Shown one piece after another: positions 37,001 through 50,400 of a stretch of 64,000 nucleotides of DNA. Location of the stretch: assembly GCF_902459465.1 (NCBI RefSeq), contig NC_047077.1, positions 5,208,001 to 5,272,000 on the forward strand. Direction: 5' to 3'. The number at the start of each line of letters is the position of its first letter. Position 1 is the stretch's first letter. A model generated the notes under the pieces. The model was not told the origin of the DNA. It worked only from the letters and a program-made list of their open reading frames with translations, and did not search any database. The position numbers and the translations under genes were made by a program. The DNA is from Asterias rubens. Its lineage: Eukaryota.

Positions 37001-40000
37001 AGGCTGGAAAACCAAGAGAAAGGAAATCAGCTGGAAAGTTGCAAGCCTGAAATGTAAATCCCTAAATTTGTTGTTTATGTCAACAGGCTGGATACTTTGC
37101 TTTTATCCAGGCAAGGTATTTTTCTCAAAGTAAAAGGTATATGTTCCTTTACCTGTATCAGCAAAATTTTAAGAGGGGCTCCAAGGTCAATTGCAGTTAT
37201 GTGATCCATTTATTTTCCAAAAGATAGAGTTCTGATCAAAATGGGAAAATGATTGAGTCACTCACTTCAAGTTAAAGGGAAGGTACACGTTGGGTAATCA
37301 ATCAAAACTAATATATTAAATTCAAAACTGACTTGGTAACGGGCATTGGAGAGCTGTTGATAGTATAAAACATTGTGAGAAACGGCTCCCTCTAAAGTAG
37401 CACAGATTTTGAGAAAGAGGTAATTTCTCAATAAAATAATAAAAGATTTCTAGCCAGAAGTCTTTTATTCCTATCTGAATGCACACAAATTCGTCCAACA
37501 AGGGTGTTTTTTCTTTCATCGTTTTCTCGCAACTTGGATGACCGATTGAGCTCAAATTTTCACAGGCTTTTTTATTTTATGCTTATGTTAGGATACACCA
37601 AGTGAGAAGACCGGTCTTTGACAATTACCAAACGTGTTCAGTGCCTTTAATGAGTAAAGTGCCATTGTAGACATATTTGGTACCTTCCAGTGCATCTTTT
37701 GTAAACATAAAAAAAAACACTTGAAGACGTCACTCATCAGAAAAAAAAAGATCTGTGTATTTTTGTACGGATAATTTCACTTCATTCCTGAATTTTGATA
37801 TTCAATCAAAATGGCAATGAAATTGACCTTTTGACTGGAGCACAAATCCCCTGTTTGTTTTTGTCTTTTGTCTAACATGCTGGGAAAGTCACCCCAAAAA
37901 AACAAATGTACAGTAGGCCTTTATCATCAACATAATTCAAATTGAATTTTGTGTTTTATTCTGAAACGTTCAGAATTTACACCATCAATGTCGGCAATTT
38001 AATGAAATTTTTATGAAATTTATATCATTTTTTGGTGTCATAACCATCAGTTTATCACACATGTGTGGATGGGAGTGTGAATAATTTGGTTGGATTAATT
38101 TATCCTCGACAATGCAATCAATAGTCGGCATGGTCGGTGCGTTGAGTAAAAAGGTATTGATTCATGAGCTACCTATGGTAGTTTTAATAATGTGTAATAT
38201 TGGTCTCGCATAAATCTGACGCAACTGGTTGTGATGAAGGAAGTAGGGGAGATTGAAATTAAGTTGTAGGTAGATTATTGGGGTCCTGTTTCCTGGTATT
38301 GCTCTTCGGGGATTTCTGCACTTAAAGTGCCCTATAAGTGTAGGGCGAATGGATCTAATTAAGTACTTTTTTCCCTCTTCCCATGGTTGATTTTGTCCTT
38401 TTTTCCCCCAATCTCTTAAAGTCTAAGCAGCCCTTTTCCCCAAACCCAGAACCCCCCCCCCCATCTTATTATTATTATATACTTATTGTTCATCCCTTGC
38501 TTTTTCTATGTGCTTTCTGCCCCCCCCCCCCACCCGCACATTTATTGTTTACCGATAATAATTGACCACATGTCGTTTACTACTAGCGTTAATTTACATC
38601 ATGTGCTTCAACAATATAACTATCAAACTTCCCTCCGTCGTAAACAATAGCAACAATTTCCGCAGAAAGGAATTTACCATCAACCTTTTGACACGATCTT
38701 TCAACTCGACCTTTCAACATGACCTTTCAACTCAAAACCCCCCTACCCTTTGCTGCCTCTCTTTCTCTATTCATGCATTTCCACACTACTGCTTATGGTA
38801 CACTTTAGTTACCTGGTCAGGTTTGTTGTGTTGTCATTCAGACTTTAAGAAAGACTCTGCTAGGGTCAAAGAGTCTATTTTGCTAATTTTATAATTTGAT
38901 TAATTTTTCCCCTGATGCTTATTAATCCTGTGTAATTTTTGTCTTTAATGGTACTCACTTTTGGACATGTAAAATCACAATGCAATGACAATGTTAACCT
39001 ACTAATTCACTTAAGATTATTACCTTCCCGATTTTTTGAGGCCCAACTCAGAAATTCTTTAACTTTACACTGAGCTATCGCACTGTTCCGAAAAAATTGT
39101 GTCTACTCAATACGGTACGATCAATAATCACAATTTATTTTAAGGTCCCTTGTGGAACATATTCAAATAAAATTAATGTTACCAGCAAAACTTGCTTGTA
39201 GGTGAGTCTTCGACCTAAACAGTCACCATTAACATCAAAGCCCCATAGAAATTGAACACATTGACATCCAATACACCCCTCGTTGGATTTGGGGTATTTT
39301 TTTTTATAAGGATGGAGTGTGCTAACCCTTATACACACAGCATCTGTTTTGGTTATGTGGCTCCAGTGAACCTTTTATATTTTATGTATACCATGTTAGA
39401 AAAGTTTGAGAGCAGATAAAGTCAGTTTTACTTGCAATTTAAGCAGTACAGTCGCGAGCTGTCAACCATGCGTTGGTGTGAATATATTGGCATACTATGT
39501 CCACAAGTTTTATTGGAGCTTTTCCATATTGTAGGCAAGATTTTTAGTTTTGAGTGGTCATAACATCTATGTAGTTCAACCCCCACCTATGTAACTTTAG
39601 CGAATTGTAAAACTCAACAATCTTAAAAATGACTTACCAAATGAATGATATGTCCCGATGCCGAATCTTCAACTTTGACATCGGTGATTCCATTCTGAAC
39701 AGGAAGGATAAAAGTTACTGTTATAAAAATGATTTGGGGATGAACCAAGAAAAATTGTCTAAAATGGGATTTGAACCAATAACCTCCGGATTAACGTGTC
39801 GGCGCTCTACCAACTGAGCTATCTAGCCCTATGTTGGCAGTGTCCCTATTTTGTCAATATCTTTGTTCAAGTGTCAGAAGCCATATTAAACCATGTTAAA
39901 GTGAAGAGCCGTCACCGGTATAATACAAATATTAAGAATAATTCACAAGGGAAACTGATTGGGTAAATTTTTTATAATTTGGGGTGGAACAAAGTAAAAT

Positions 40001-41420
40001 TGCCTCGAGTGGGATTTGAACCTCACCAGAAACTGCACGGGCCCCTCTGAACAAATGGAAAAAAAAGGAAGATTTTGGGGGTTGAACAAAGAATTGACTA
40101 GAGTGGGATTCGAATCAACGACCTCCGGATTAACATGCCGGCGCTCTACCAAACTAGCTATCTAGCCCTATGTTGGCGGTGTCCCTATTTTGTCAATATC
40201 TTTGTTCGGGGGTGCCAGTCAGAAGCCATACAACTAAATAAATTATTATAATTATCAATAGTTACACAAGGACTGTCCATACCTTAGCCAAAGCTTGTAC
40301 AAGTTCCTCTACATCTAGGTTCCCATAGACATATTGCTTAGGCTGAGCTGTTTCTGTCACCCCGACATCTTCATCTCTCTTACGCTTCCTGATTGGCTGA
40401 CTGGAAGGTGTACCAGGTGGTGCTGGTTTAGGGGCCTCCTACGATTTAAATATTAATTTGCATATTGAGGATTTGATGGTTTCTGATTGGCTGACTGGAA
40501 GGTGTACCAGGTGGTGCTGGTTTAGGGGCCTCCTACGATTTAAATATTAATTTGCATATTGAGGATTTGATGGTTTCTGATTGGCTGACTGGAAGGTGTA
40601 CCAGGTGGTGCTGGTTTAGGGGCCTCCTACGATTTAAATATTAATTTGCATATTGAGGATTTGATGGTTTCTGATTGGCTGACTGGAAGGTGTACCAGGT
40701 GGTGCTGGTTTAGGAGCCTCCTATGATTTACATATGAATTTGCATATTGAGGGTTTGATGGTTTCTGATTGGCTGATTGGAAGGTGTACCAGGTTGTGCT
40801 GGCTTAAGGGCCTCCTATGATTAACATATAAATTTGCATATTGAGGGTTTGATGGTTTCTGATTGGCTGCTGACTGGAAGGTGTACCAGGCTGCTGTGCA
40901 GATTTAGGGGCCTCCAACAAGTTAAAAATTAATTTGCATATTGATGATTTGACGACTTCTAATTGGCTGAGTGTGAATTTTTCTAGGTTCAACTTGTTAT
41001 GGGACTCCTACGATTTAAGTAATAATTTCCATTATGCTGATTTGAAGGTTTCTGATTGGCTGACTGGAAGGTGCACCAGGTTGTGCTGGTTCAGGAGCCT
41101 CCTAAGCTTTAAACATTAATGTTTGTTCACTATCATTTGTCATGTTTTCTCTCTGCTTGTAATGTACTGCTATGTGTCCGTATGATTCTGTCTTGTCTTG
41201 TTGTGAGTGCGGAAAGAAATGTTTCAGTGACTTGAATTGAATCCTCACCTGCAATATATACTTGTTATCTCTGGCAGTTACAGTCCCTGTAACTGTGGCA
41301 ACAAACACACCGGGCTTAACTTCTATTGGAGCAAGTGCTTCTGCAAGCTGAAGGACAAAAAATTGGTTTTTGATTCAAAAGTCCGTGTCTTACCAAATTT
41401 AAAAGCCCTAGACAATAACA

Positions 41421-41456
<36 letters not shown>

Positions 41457-44400
41457 TTTATAATTACTATTTTTTTAATTTTATTTAGCAATAACATGAC
41501 AATAAAACAAAACACTGTAAGACACTAATCAAAATGACAAGGGAACATATATATAAGAGCCAGCGCATGTCTGGAAAAAATTTAACCTAATAACTGTGGT
41601 CCAGGGGGCGGGCCTTTGTTTCCTATGCTACTGGCATTACAAATATTATTCTACATGCAGCAGAAAAATGGGGAACAATTGTTAGACAAAAAAGGATCAA
41701 AACAGAAGCATCCGGGCTGGGACAATACTTCACTATCGACACCAAACAATGGCTTAGTGTTAATTGAAGCATTTCTAGCAAATGCCAAAAATTTTGCCAA
41801 CTAAATGTAATATTCCGAGATACAGAAATGTTCCACACAGGTTTTCCAAAAATTAAAATGCGGTGCGTCACAATCTGCCTTCAAACATACCAAGAGCTCG
41901 AGTCTGGTGCTGTTATACACATATTGACTGGCAATGAGGTAACTAGTGTACATTTATTCCCCCGAGGGACTTTGAGTGACCAGAAGAGCGACCTATTTCC
42001 GGAGGTCAAACATACATAAATGGCGCCCTCTAGTGATTCTGAACTTACCTCTGGTGTGATTTCAATCCTCTCAAGTCTCCGTTTGATGGGGAGATGTATG
42101 ACGCAACCTCGCTTGTATGGCGTCGGGGCTGGCTCCTTTAAGAAAACAAAAGTAACACCAAGATTGGTTTAACAAGTAACACATTCAACACATGATATCT
42201 TATTGTTGCAGGGTGGCATAGTTTATCTACCATTCAAAACCACTGCCGATGATATTGAATGGTCAGACAGTAGGAGGGTTGACTGCGAACTGTGTGGATG
42301 CATTCAGTACACGATGTCATATCACAGATTGGCATAGTTCATCAATCCAGAGTAAATGGTTCAATAGTACAGGCATGCAACTTACTAAATGCAAAAAAAA
42401 AAAGAGGAAATAACTGATCACAGTTAACTTTTGTACAGTGTTTTTCCGTTTTCTATGGCACTGTTTTGAAAAGAAAAAAGAGGAAATCAGCTGATCAGCT
42501 GAACAATTTCATGCCTGATAGTAGGAGAGTTTTATAAGCGTCGAGTACTTACAACTTCCACCACTAGATCTGTCCTCAAGGGTTGTGATGCTGGTGGGGA
42601 GAGGTAACGTTCTGGAAGAGCGACATTCAGAGGCTGTTGAACATGATAAATATTTCAGAGGTTAAAAGTAAAAAGCAAACCTAAAAAAACTCAGTCACAA
42701 ACAAACTATCCCACAATTTTTCAAACATTACAAACACTTGACCACTCGGCCACACCTTCTATTGGTAGCCAAGGGTCAGCTTCTCAAATGATGTCATGAA
42801 CATACTTGTAAGGTCTACGGGCCGAGTTACAAAGAAGTTGACCAGGATTGGTGAGGTTTTTCAAAACAAACTTCAGTAAAGCATATATTTAACAAGCACT
42901 CTCTCCTGCTTATTAGAAATAATAGAATGAAAGAAATTGATCATTCTTAAATGAACGCTACAGAATTGGTAAAAAAAAAAAATCGTGAAGATTACAGATT
43001 TACATAAAACTTACACGGTCTAATGATGATGATAGTAGAAAACATCCCTTGAAATATTTCTGTCTGAAATGTCATATTTGATAAGAAATAAATTATCTAA
43101 TTTCGCGTTTGACGTTTATCGCTCGGTTAGCGTTTTATTCATTTTTGTTTTGGCATCGATGCAATGCAAAATGTGTAATCGGTTTTTCACAACCCAGATG
43201 GCCAATCGATGTCAAACATCTACAGGTCTGTCAGTTAATGTATATAGTGGATTACAGAAAGTGTGAACACTGCCAACAACTGTTTAGTTAGCAAAACCTA
43301 TTCTGGAAAGTTCCTTCAAGAGGAGTTCATTTTGCAAATACTTGATAAAACAAATGAATGACTTTTTGATACCCTTTGCTCTTAACTCAGATGAGTAGAT
43401 TCAGTCAAGCATTAACATTCCATGGAAAGCTACAAACACAAGTGTTTTCAGTAAAACAGGCATAACTTCTCGTTGAAATGATCAATTTGTTTCATTCCTT
43501 TTTTTCAGATAAACAGGAAAGACTGCTTGTTGATTATGTGCATCACTTGAGTTTTGAGTGTCAGTTGTTGTTTTGTTTTTAAATCATAAATATCGGTCAA
43601 CTCCTTTTGGACTCGCCCTGTAAGTTATCACAAAAACGATTGTTACCTTGAGGTCTTTGATCATCTTAGTGGCTTGAGGGAAGCTCATGGCAGTGTCGAT
43701 TGGACAGTAACAAGCCTTCATGGCTAGAGGCTGGAATGGTGCTAGAGCATCCAAATAGGAAAAACTAGGCTCTGTAAAGGAGAAACAATGAGAAATTGTT
43801 TAGCCAAAAAAAAATACAGGCTTGATAATCCATTTTGACTGATAAGGTACTGTAACCTGAAATGATAACAATATTTATAATTTGTAGTTCTTATATAGCA
43901 CTTTATTGCAGTTAAATGCACAAACCTAAATCGCGTGCAATCAATGGAGAAAAAATCATATTACTTAGTGCAACACGGTCACATGTCTAAGATCTGACTT
44001 TGTTGCTCAGCTTGTCACATATTGTTAAAGACACTGGACACTATTGGTAATTGTCTAAGATCAGTCTTCCCACTTGGTGTATGTCAATATATGCATAAAA
44101 TAACAAACCTGTGAAAATTTGAGCTCAATTGGTCGTTGAAGTTGTGAGATCATAGTAAAAGAAAAAACACCCTTGTCACACAAAGTTGTGTGCTTTCAGA
44201 TGCTTGATTTTGACCTAAAAATCTAATTCTGAGGTCTCGAAATATAATTCGTGGAAAATTACGTTAATTCAGAGGGAGCCGTTTCTCACAATGTTTTATA
44301 CTATCATTAGCTCTCCATTACTCGTTTTATGCTAATAATTATTTTGAGTAATTACCAAGTGTCTAGTGCCTTTTAGTGGAATTGAAGTTTTAAAGTTTAT

Positions 44401-47400
44401 TCATACAAAAATATCCTTGGTTGCCAATCCATTATTCTTTAGTCCATCTATTGTCATGTCTTTGGGCAGTGTGTCCAGCCCATCACCGTTTCACTTGATT
44501 TATTGTCCTTATGATGTCTCTTACTACAGTTAATTATTGTTATTATTATGACGTTATTATTAATACGTTGTCATAACGACGCTATTTCTGCGATGTTATC
44601 ATTACAACGCTATTATTAAGATGTTATTATTAGGATGTTATTATTACCTATAAAGATGACCGTGTTGGTGCTTGATTTGCCCCACATCTCCATAAAATGC
44701 ACAGCGTCACCCAGCCTGAGTGAAGGATGACCAGTAAAGACTACACAGGGTGTTTTGAATTGATCGCTGAAATCACCTGCAAATTGAAATTATATGAAAC
44801 AATCATCAGCAAAGCAACAGTGTATGGGTTAGAGAAAGCAGAAGGCTGGTTTCACGCTAAAACACTCTTATAGGAGGAACCACGACAGACACACTGATTC
44901 CACATTTACCATGAATATAACTGCAGAAGAGACAGAGGCTGGCTTCAGACCTACGCTGGGAAAGAGGTTGTAATGTTGATCCCAACACTTCATCAACAAG
45001 ATTAACAATTAAACGGGCAGATGCTCTAGCCCAAATGTTCCTAAATTTATTAATTTATTGCTTTTGTAACTTTGGTATGTTCTGTTAATTTGTTTAAAAT
45101 TTCTCTTTTGCCTGAGTGGAGGCCGTACAGGGAAGTAAAATTTGTTTAAGTTTATTCATTCATACAGTACTCCATCATGGGACGTAGGACCCTATAGATG
45201 TCTTTAGGTAGAGATACAACATTGAGACTGACTACAATACTTACCATGTATTGATGAGAAATGTTTCAGACGGCCAGTTTTGATCAGTTCCGCATGGGGG
45301 AAAGGTGGTTCTGGTAGAAACACTTTGGACTGCTTCTGTCCACAAAGCCTGTGAAAAAAAAATTGATAATTGTGATAACCCCTTGATGTAAAACACTAGA
45401 CTTTCCTTCATCACTCATTCTGAGATGAAAATACAGCTGAACAGTTTTCTGCTAAGCTAAAATGAGTAGGATACCGGTTATCGATGGCTTGTGCGAAATA
45501 ATATTTTGGCTAACAAGCTTATCATTGTATAAAGCAAAGTTGTTTTGTGCTTAGCTATTTTGTGAAAACAGACTAACAGCCAGGTTCATACTTCCTGCGA
45601 ATGCAAATGCTATACGAATTTTTATGTCACAAATTCGCAAACGAATATTCACATCAGTTGACTTGTACTCAACTCCTGCAAAACATTCGCTGCGAAAACA
45701 GCCCAGTGATGTCAAAATTCAGTTCGCATTCGCATATAAACGTGGCTTCACTCACCACTCAGAAAATATCTGTGAGTAAGCCAACGTGCTATCGGCAACC
45801 GGGGACACAAAGAACATCGGGATCTGAGTCAATCCAACGGAGTCCATGTAACCAGACAGACACTCAAACAGGTCGAAGATAATACCCGATGGGTAGCACG
45901 GCACCAGTACATTCCCTCCACTCTTTATTGTGACAGCTGGGAGAAAGAGAACAGGGGAAAAAAACTTTGTATGAATTTACCATATTTTTGACCAAATGCA
46001 AAATCATGAAAAGAGGTACTCATGCATGTAGAAAAACAGGGAATAATAAGGAACAAAATCAAAATTAGGATTTTGTGATTGGGAAGTTATGGAAGAAGAG
46101 CTTTGAGATGGAATCATGGATGAGGCCACTCTTGAACCTCAAGGAAACCTGTAAGTTAAAATGTGTCCCACTGCACTATGAAGAGCCACCGACCAAACCA
46201 GCCAGCCAGATGACTCGCACCAGGGAGTTCGACTGACCGTCCACGGACTCTGGCACCCCTTCATATCAAATGACCGCACCGCAGAGAATGCAGGTAAGTT
46301 GCCGCTCCAAAAACCGACATGTCGGACCTTCGTTATTCTAATCCAAGATGGCGCAGCTTTATTAATACAGATAAATGATTACTCACTGAGATTACTGCAG
46401 AACTCTCCCAGCATGCTGTCTGGATTATAAGCTGGTGTCTGAGTGATGCTCGTTAGTAAGAGAAGGTCGCTGTTCTTAAGAGGGTCTTGGAGGATCGGGG
46501 TGGAATGGGTCGTCAGAAAGGAAGAGCTGGAGACATAACAAACCTGAAGACATAACAAAGAAAGTTGGCTACATTGAGTCACAGTGTCGCAACTTGATTT
46601 CTTGCGACTAGGTAAGGACTCACTCTGCGGCAGTGAAGTTAATAATGAGAAGTCCACTCTATCCACTAAACGAAAAGTAGCAGTCCCAGCCGATTTTCTA
46701 CCTTACGCCCAGGTAGCATGTTATTTTTTCTGTTTATCTATTTGGGGATTTGGTTTTTAAATGTTTCTCTGTGTTAAGCGCCATGGAGTATTGCTTTCAA
46801 TGGATTTGGCGCTATATAAATTTTATACTATTATTATTATTTATTAGAAGTTAATGAGCAGAATAGTTCCTTTTAGAACTGAGAAGTCTCCTAAATTCTG
46901 AATCATCTACCCTTTGACAGTAGAGAAGTCTCCTGAATTCTGAAAAATCTTCTCTGCAGCAGTAGACAAGTTCTCAAAAGAACATAATCTACCAGAAAAC
47001 AGATAATTATAGTGCTACCGCAAACCAGATAATTACATAAACTTTTCAGTAAACAGCTTCATGAAATGGGCCCCGGTGCCCTTCGAGGTACCTCATTACT
47101 TTAGATCCTACATTACCTTTTCATAGTCTGATTTGATGACCCAATTACAGCTTCCTAAGCAGTAGCCGGAACTGTGCGGAGACACCATCAAGGAACCAAA
47201 TAAATTCTGTGGGTTTATCGGAAAGTAAGAAGCAATAATAGAGTGTCATGGCCGAGTGGTTAACAGCATCAAATTCAAGTTTTGGTGCTAAGTTACCAGA
47301 GTGTGGATTCAAATCCCAGTAGTGACACTTGTGTCCTTGAGCAAGATACTTTACTATAATTGCTTCTCTTCACCCACGGGTATAAATGGGTACCTGCGAG

Positions 47401-50400
47401 GGTAGAGGTTGATATTGCGAATGAAAAAGCCTGTGGAGCGATATAAACTGTTGCCCAGGTTGTATACTCCCAAGGGAGCTGAGAAACATTAAATTGGATG
47501 TTATTGGCCCTATGACCAGGGCACTAATGTAAAGCGCATTGATATGGTTATTGTGAAATGCACTATAAAAGAATTTGTTATTCTTATTATTATTATTAAA
47601 ACAATCCAAACAATGATAATAATAATACACAGTTCTTATTATATCACTTTATGGGGTGTCGTGGCCGAGCGGATAACGGCACCAAATCCAAGCTCTGGTG
47701 ATGTTGTTCAGCAGAGTGTGGGTTCGAATCCCGGACGTGACACTTGTGTCCCTGAGCAAGACACTTAACTATAATTGCTTCTCTCCACCCAGGGGTAAAT
47801 GGGTACCTGTTAGGGCAGAGATGGTTCTTGTGATTGATTTAGCCGAGTAGCGCGTTTGTTGCACAAGGCTGTATACTCCCCAGGGAGTTGAGATAGTTTA
47901 AGGAATGATTTAAGGCCCAGTGACCAGGGGTAATAATGTTGGAGCGCCATGAGCGTCACCATGAGCGTCACCATGAGCGTCACCATGAGCGTCACCATGA
48001 GCGTCACCATGAGCGTCACCATGAGCGTCACCATGAGCGTCACTGCGTGATGGACCTGAGTGCTATATTATCACACCCGAGGGCATCTCAAAGCATCTCA
48101 ATGATCAGTCATTACACAGCGGCTTTCTAATGTTCTGATTGTGATTCAGAAACAAGAAACAAGACTTCATTTTTAAAAAAGCATTATGAATGGCTATATC
48201 AACATCAACTACAAACAACCCCTCTTTCCACTGATACATGAATCAACCAAACATAATCAACTAAACCAATTCAACTAAACCAATTCAACTACATCAACTC
48301 AACTAAACCAATTCAACTAAACCAATTCAACTAAACCGATTCAACTAAACCAATTCAACTAAACCAATTCAACTAAACCAATTCAACTAACCAATTTTTG
48401 AGAGAATGCGGTGATCTGTACTTTGGACAGGCAAGCGTTGATGTCATGTTTTGTGTAGCAACCTTTCCATGATGAGAGCCACTGTGCGTCTCTGAGCGAA
48501 GCCGGTAGTAGCTTCAACTATTCAAATACAATTCAACTAAACCTAATAAACTAAACCAATTCAACTAACCAATTTTTGAGAGAATGCGGTGATCTGCACT
48601 TTGGACAGGCAAGCGTTGATGTCATGTTTTGTGTAGCAACCTTTCCATGATGAGAGCCACTGTGCGTCTCTGAGAGGAGCCGGTAGTAGCTTCAAGAAGG
48701 ATGGCTTCTTCCAGTTTCCAGCCGTCCTCTTCTTGGGAACTCGCTCCATGTATTCCACTAACTCTTCCATCAGCTGCCTGAGAAAATAATAATAACACAA
48801 ATAACAGTGGCTTCTTACACAGCGGTCATATCCGTCACTCAGTGACGCTCAAGGCGCTTTAACATACAGTGCAAGGTATGTGGGACTACGTTTGAATTAT
48901 AGCACCATGTAATGGTTTACGAGGTGCTATAGCGCATATGATGCCAATCAAACTTCAGTCCAAGCAAGTCACAATCCAAAGGTTTTTTTTCTTCCTTCTT
49001 GTTCCGCGTCATGTCACAGCCGAGCAGTCTAGTTCAGCAGCAGAGTGTGGCCTCGATACTCGCTCATGGCACGTGCGCCCTTGAGCAAGGCACTTAAAAC
49101 AAAATTGCTTTGTTAAAACGTGGGAGGGTATTGCATTCTGCTCTTCCAGCCAGGCTCCTAGTGGATGATACCCATGCCTACATGTTTATGGACTGCGAAG
49201 GGGGCAACCAAGGTTTCAGCCCCATGCGTAGGTGGCAACATGCCCCTGGTGGCAGTTAAGTGTAACCCTCACCTTGAAGTGGTTGTTTGTGACCTTGTGA
49301 TGTCAGGCGATCTTTCATAAGAAAAATAAACCCTCCCTTTTTTCTTTTGACAACCGCTGGTGCCTATGTTAAAAGATTTGGGTACTTTTTGTAACACAAA
49401 ACACACTGTCCACAGATTTACATTAAACTTACACCGTTTGAAGATAATGATAGTAGAAAGCATACCTTTAAATATTAGTTGCTAAGGTGCTGTCGTTTTT
49501 GAGAAATTAGTAACAAAATGTTATGAAAGAACGCTTTTACATGCAAAAATAATTTTCATTACATTGTTTTACTCATATCTCAAAAACTACAGCACCTCAG
49601 CAAGTAAAATTTTCAGGGAAGCTTTCTACTATCATTATCTTCAAACTGTGTAAGTTTAGTGTAAATCTTTGGACATTGTGTTTTTTGTCCTACAAAAAGT
49701 ACATACACCCTTTAAGTGACCACTCAAGCATAAAGCACTCATCCTCATAAATGGGGCTGTGGGTTCGAATCCTAACCAAGTACCCTGAGGACACATAGGG
49801 CTGTGGGTTCAAACATAACCCAAGTATCCTTTTGTTTGAGGGGATGTGGGTTAGAATCTGTTCTGTGGACATGAGGGGCTGTAGGTTCGAATTTCACCAA
49901 GGAATTCTTTGGATTTTTTTCCTCCCACAGGACTTGAAATGCACTTTATCACACAGTGTACAAAATCAGACTCTTACCTGCCAGTTTGCTGGGTTGGATC
50001 AGTACAGTAGACAGTCCCTCTGAAACCAGTGTACTAGAAGAAGAATATTAGAAGACAACTGTCATTAAAGGGTCTATGTATTTTTTGTAGGACAAAAAAC
50101 ACAATGTCCACATATTTACATTAAACTTACACAGTTTGAAGATAATGATAGTAGAAAGCTTCCCTGAAAATATGACTTGCTGAGGTGCTGTAGTTTTTGA
50201 GAAATGAGTAAAACAATGTCATGAAAATTATTTTAGCATGTGAAAACGTATTTTCATGACATTGTTTTACACATTTCTCAAAAACTACAGCACCTCAGCA
50301 ACTAATATATTAAGGTACGCTTTCTACTATCACTATCTTTAAATGGTGTAAGTTTAATGTAAATGTGTTGTGGACATTGTGTTTTGTGTTACAAAAAGTA

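Noticed and set aside
40389-41120. Regular repeat array as CRISPR or as a recursive-splicing site
   Set aside because: There are no unique spacers, the context is eukaryotic, and the acceptors are followed by GAG rather than GT, so no AG|GT ratchet points exist.
30884-42285. 29-nt similarity between 30884-30912 and 42257-42285 (EWxxSRRVDC in one frame)
   Set aside because: Too short, frames close quickly and there are no consistent splice sites. Most likely fragments of a dispersed repeat.
47810-48130. ORFs with (MVTL)n and (HERH)n
   Set aside because: Translations of the 12-bp intronic minisatellite.
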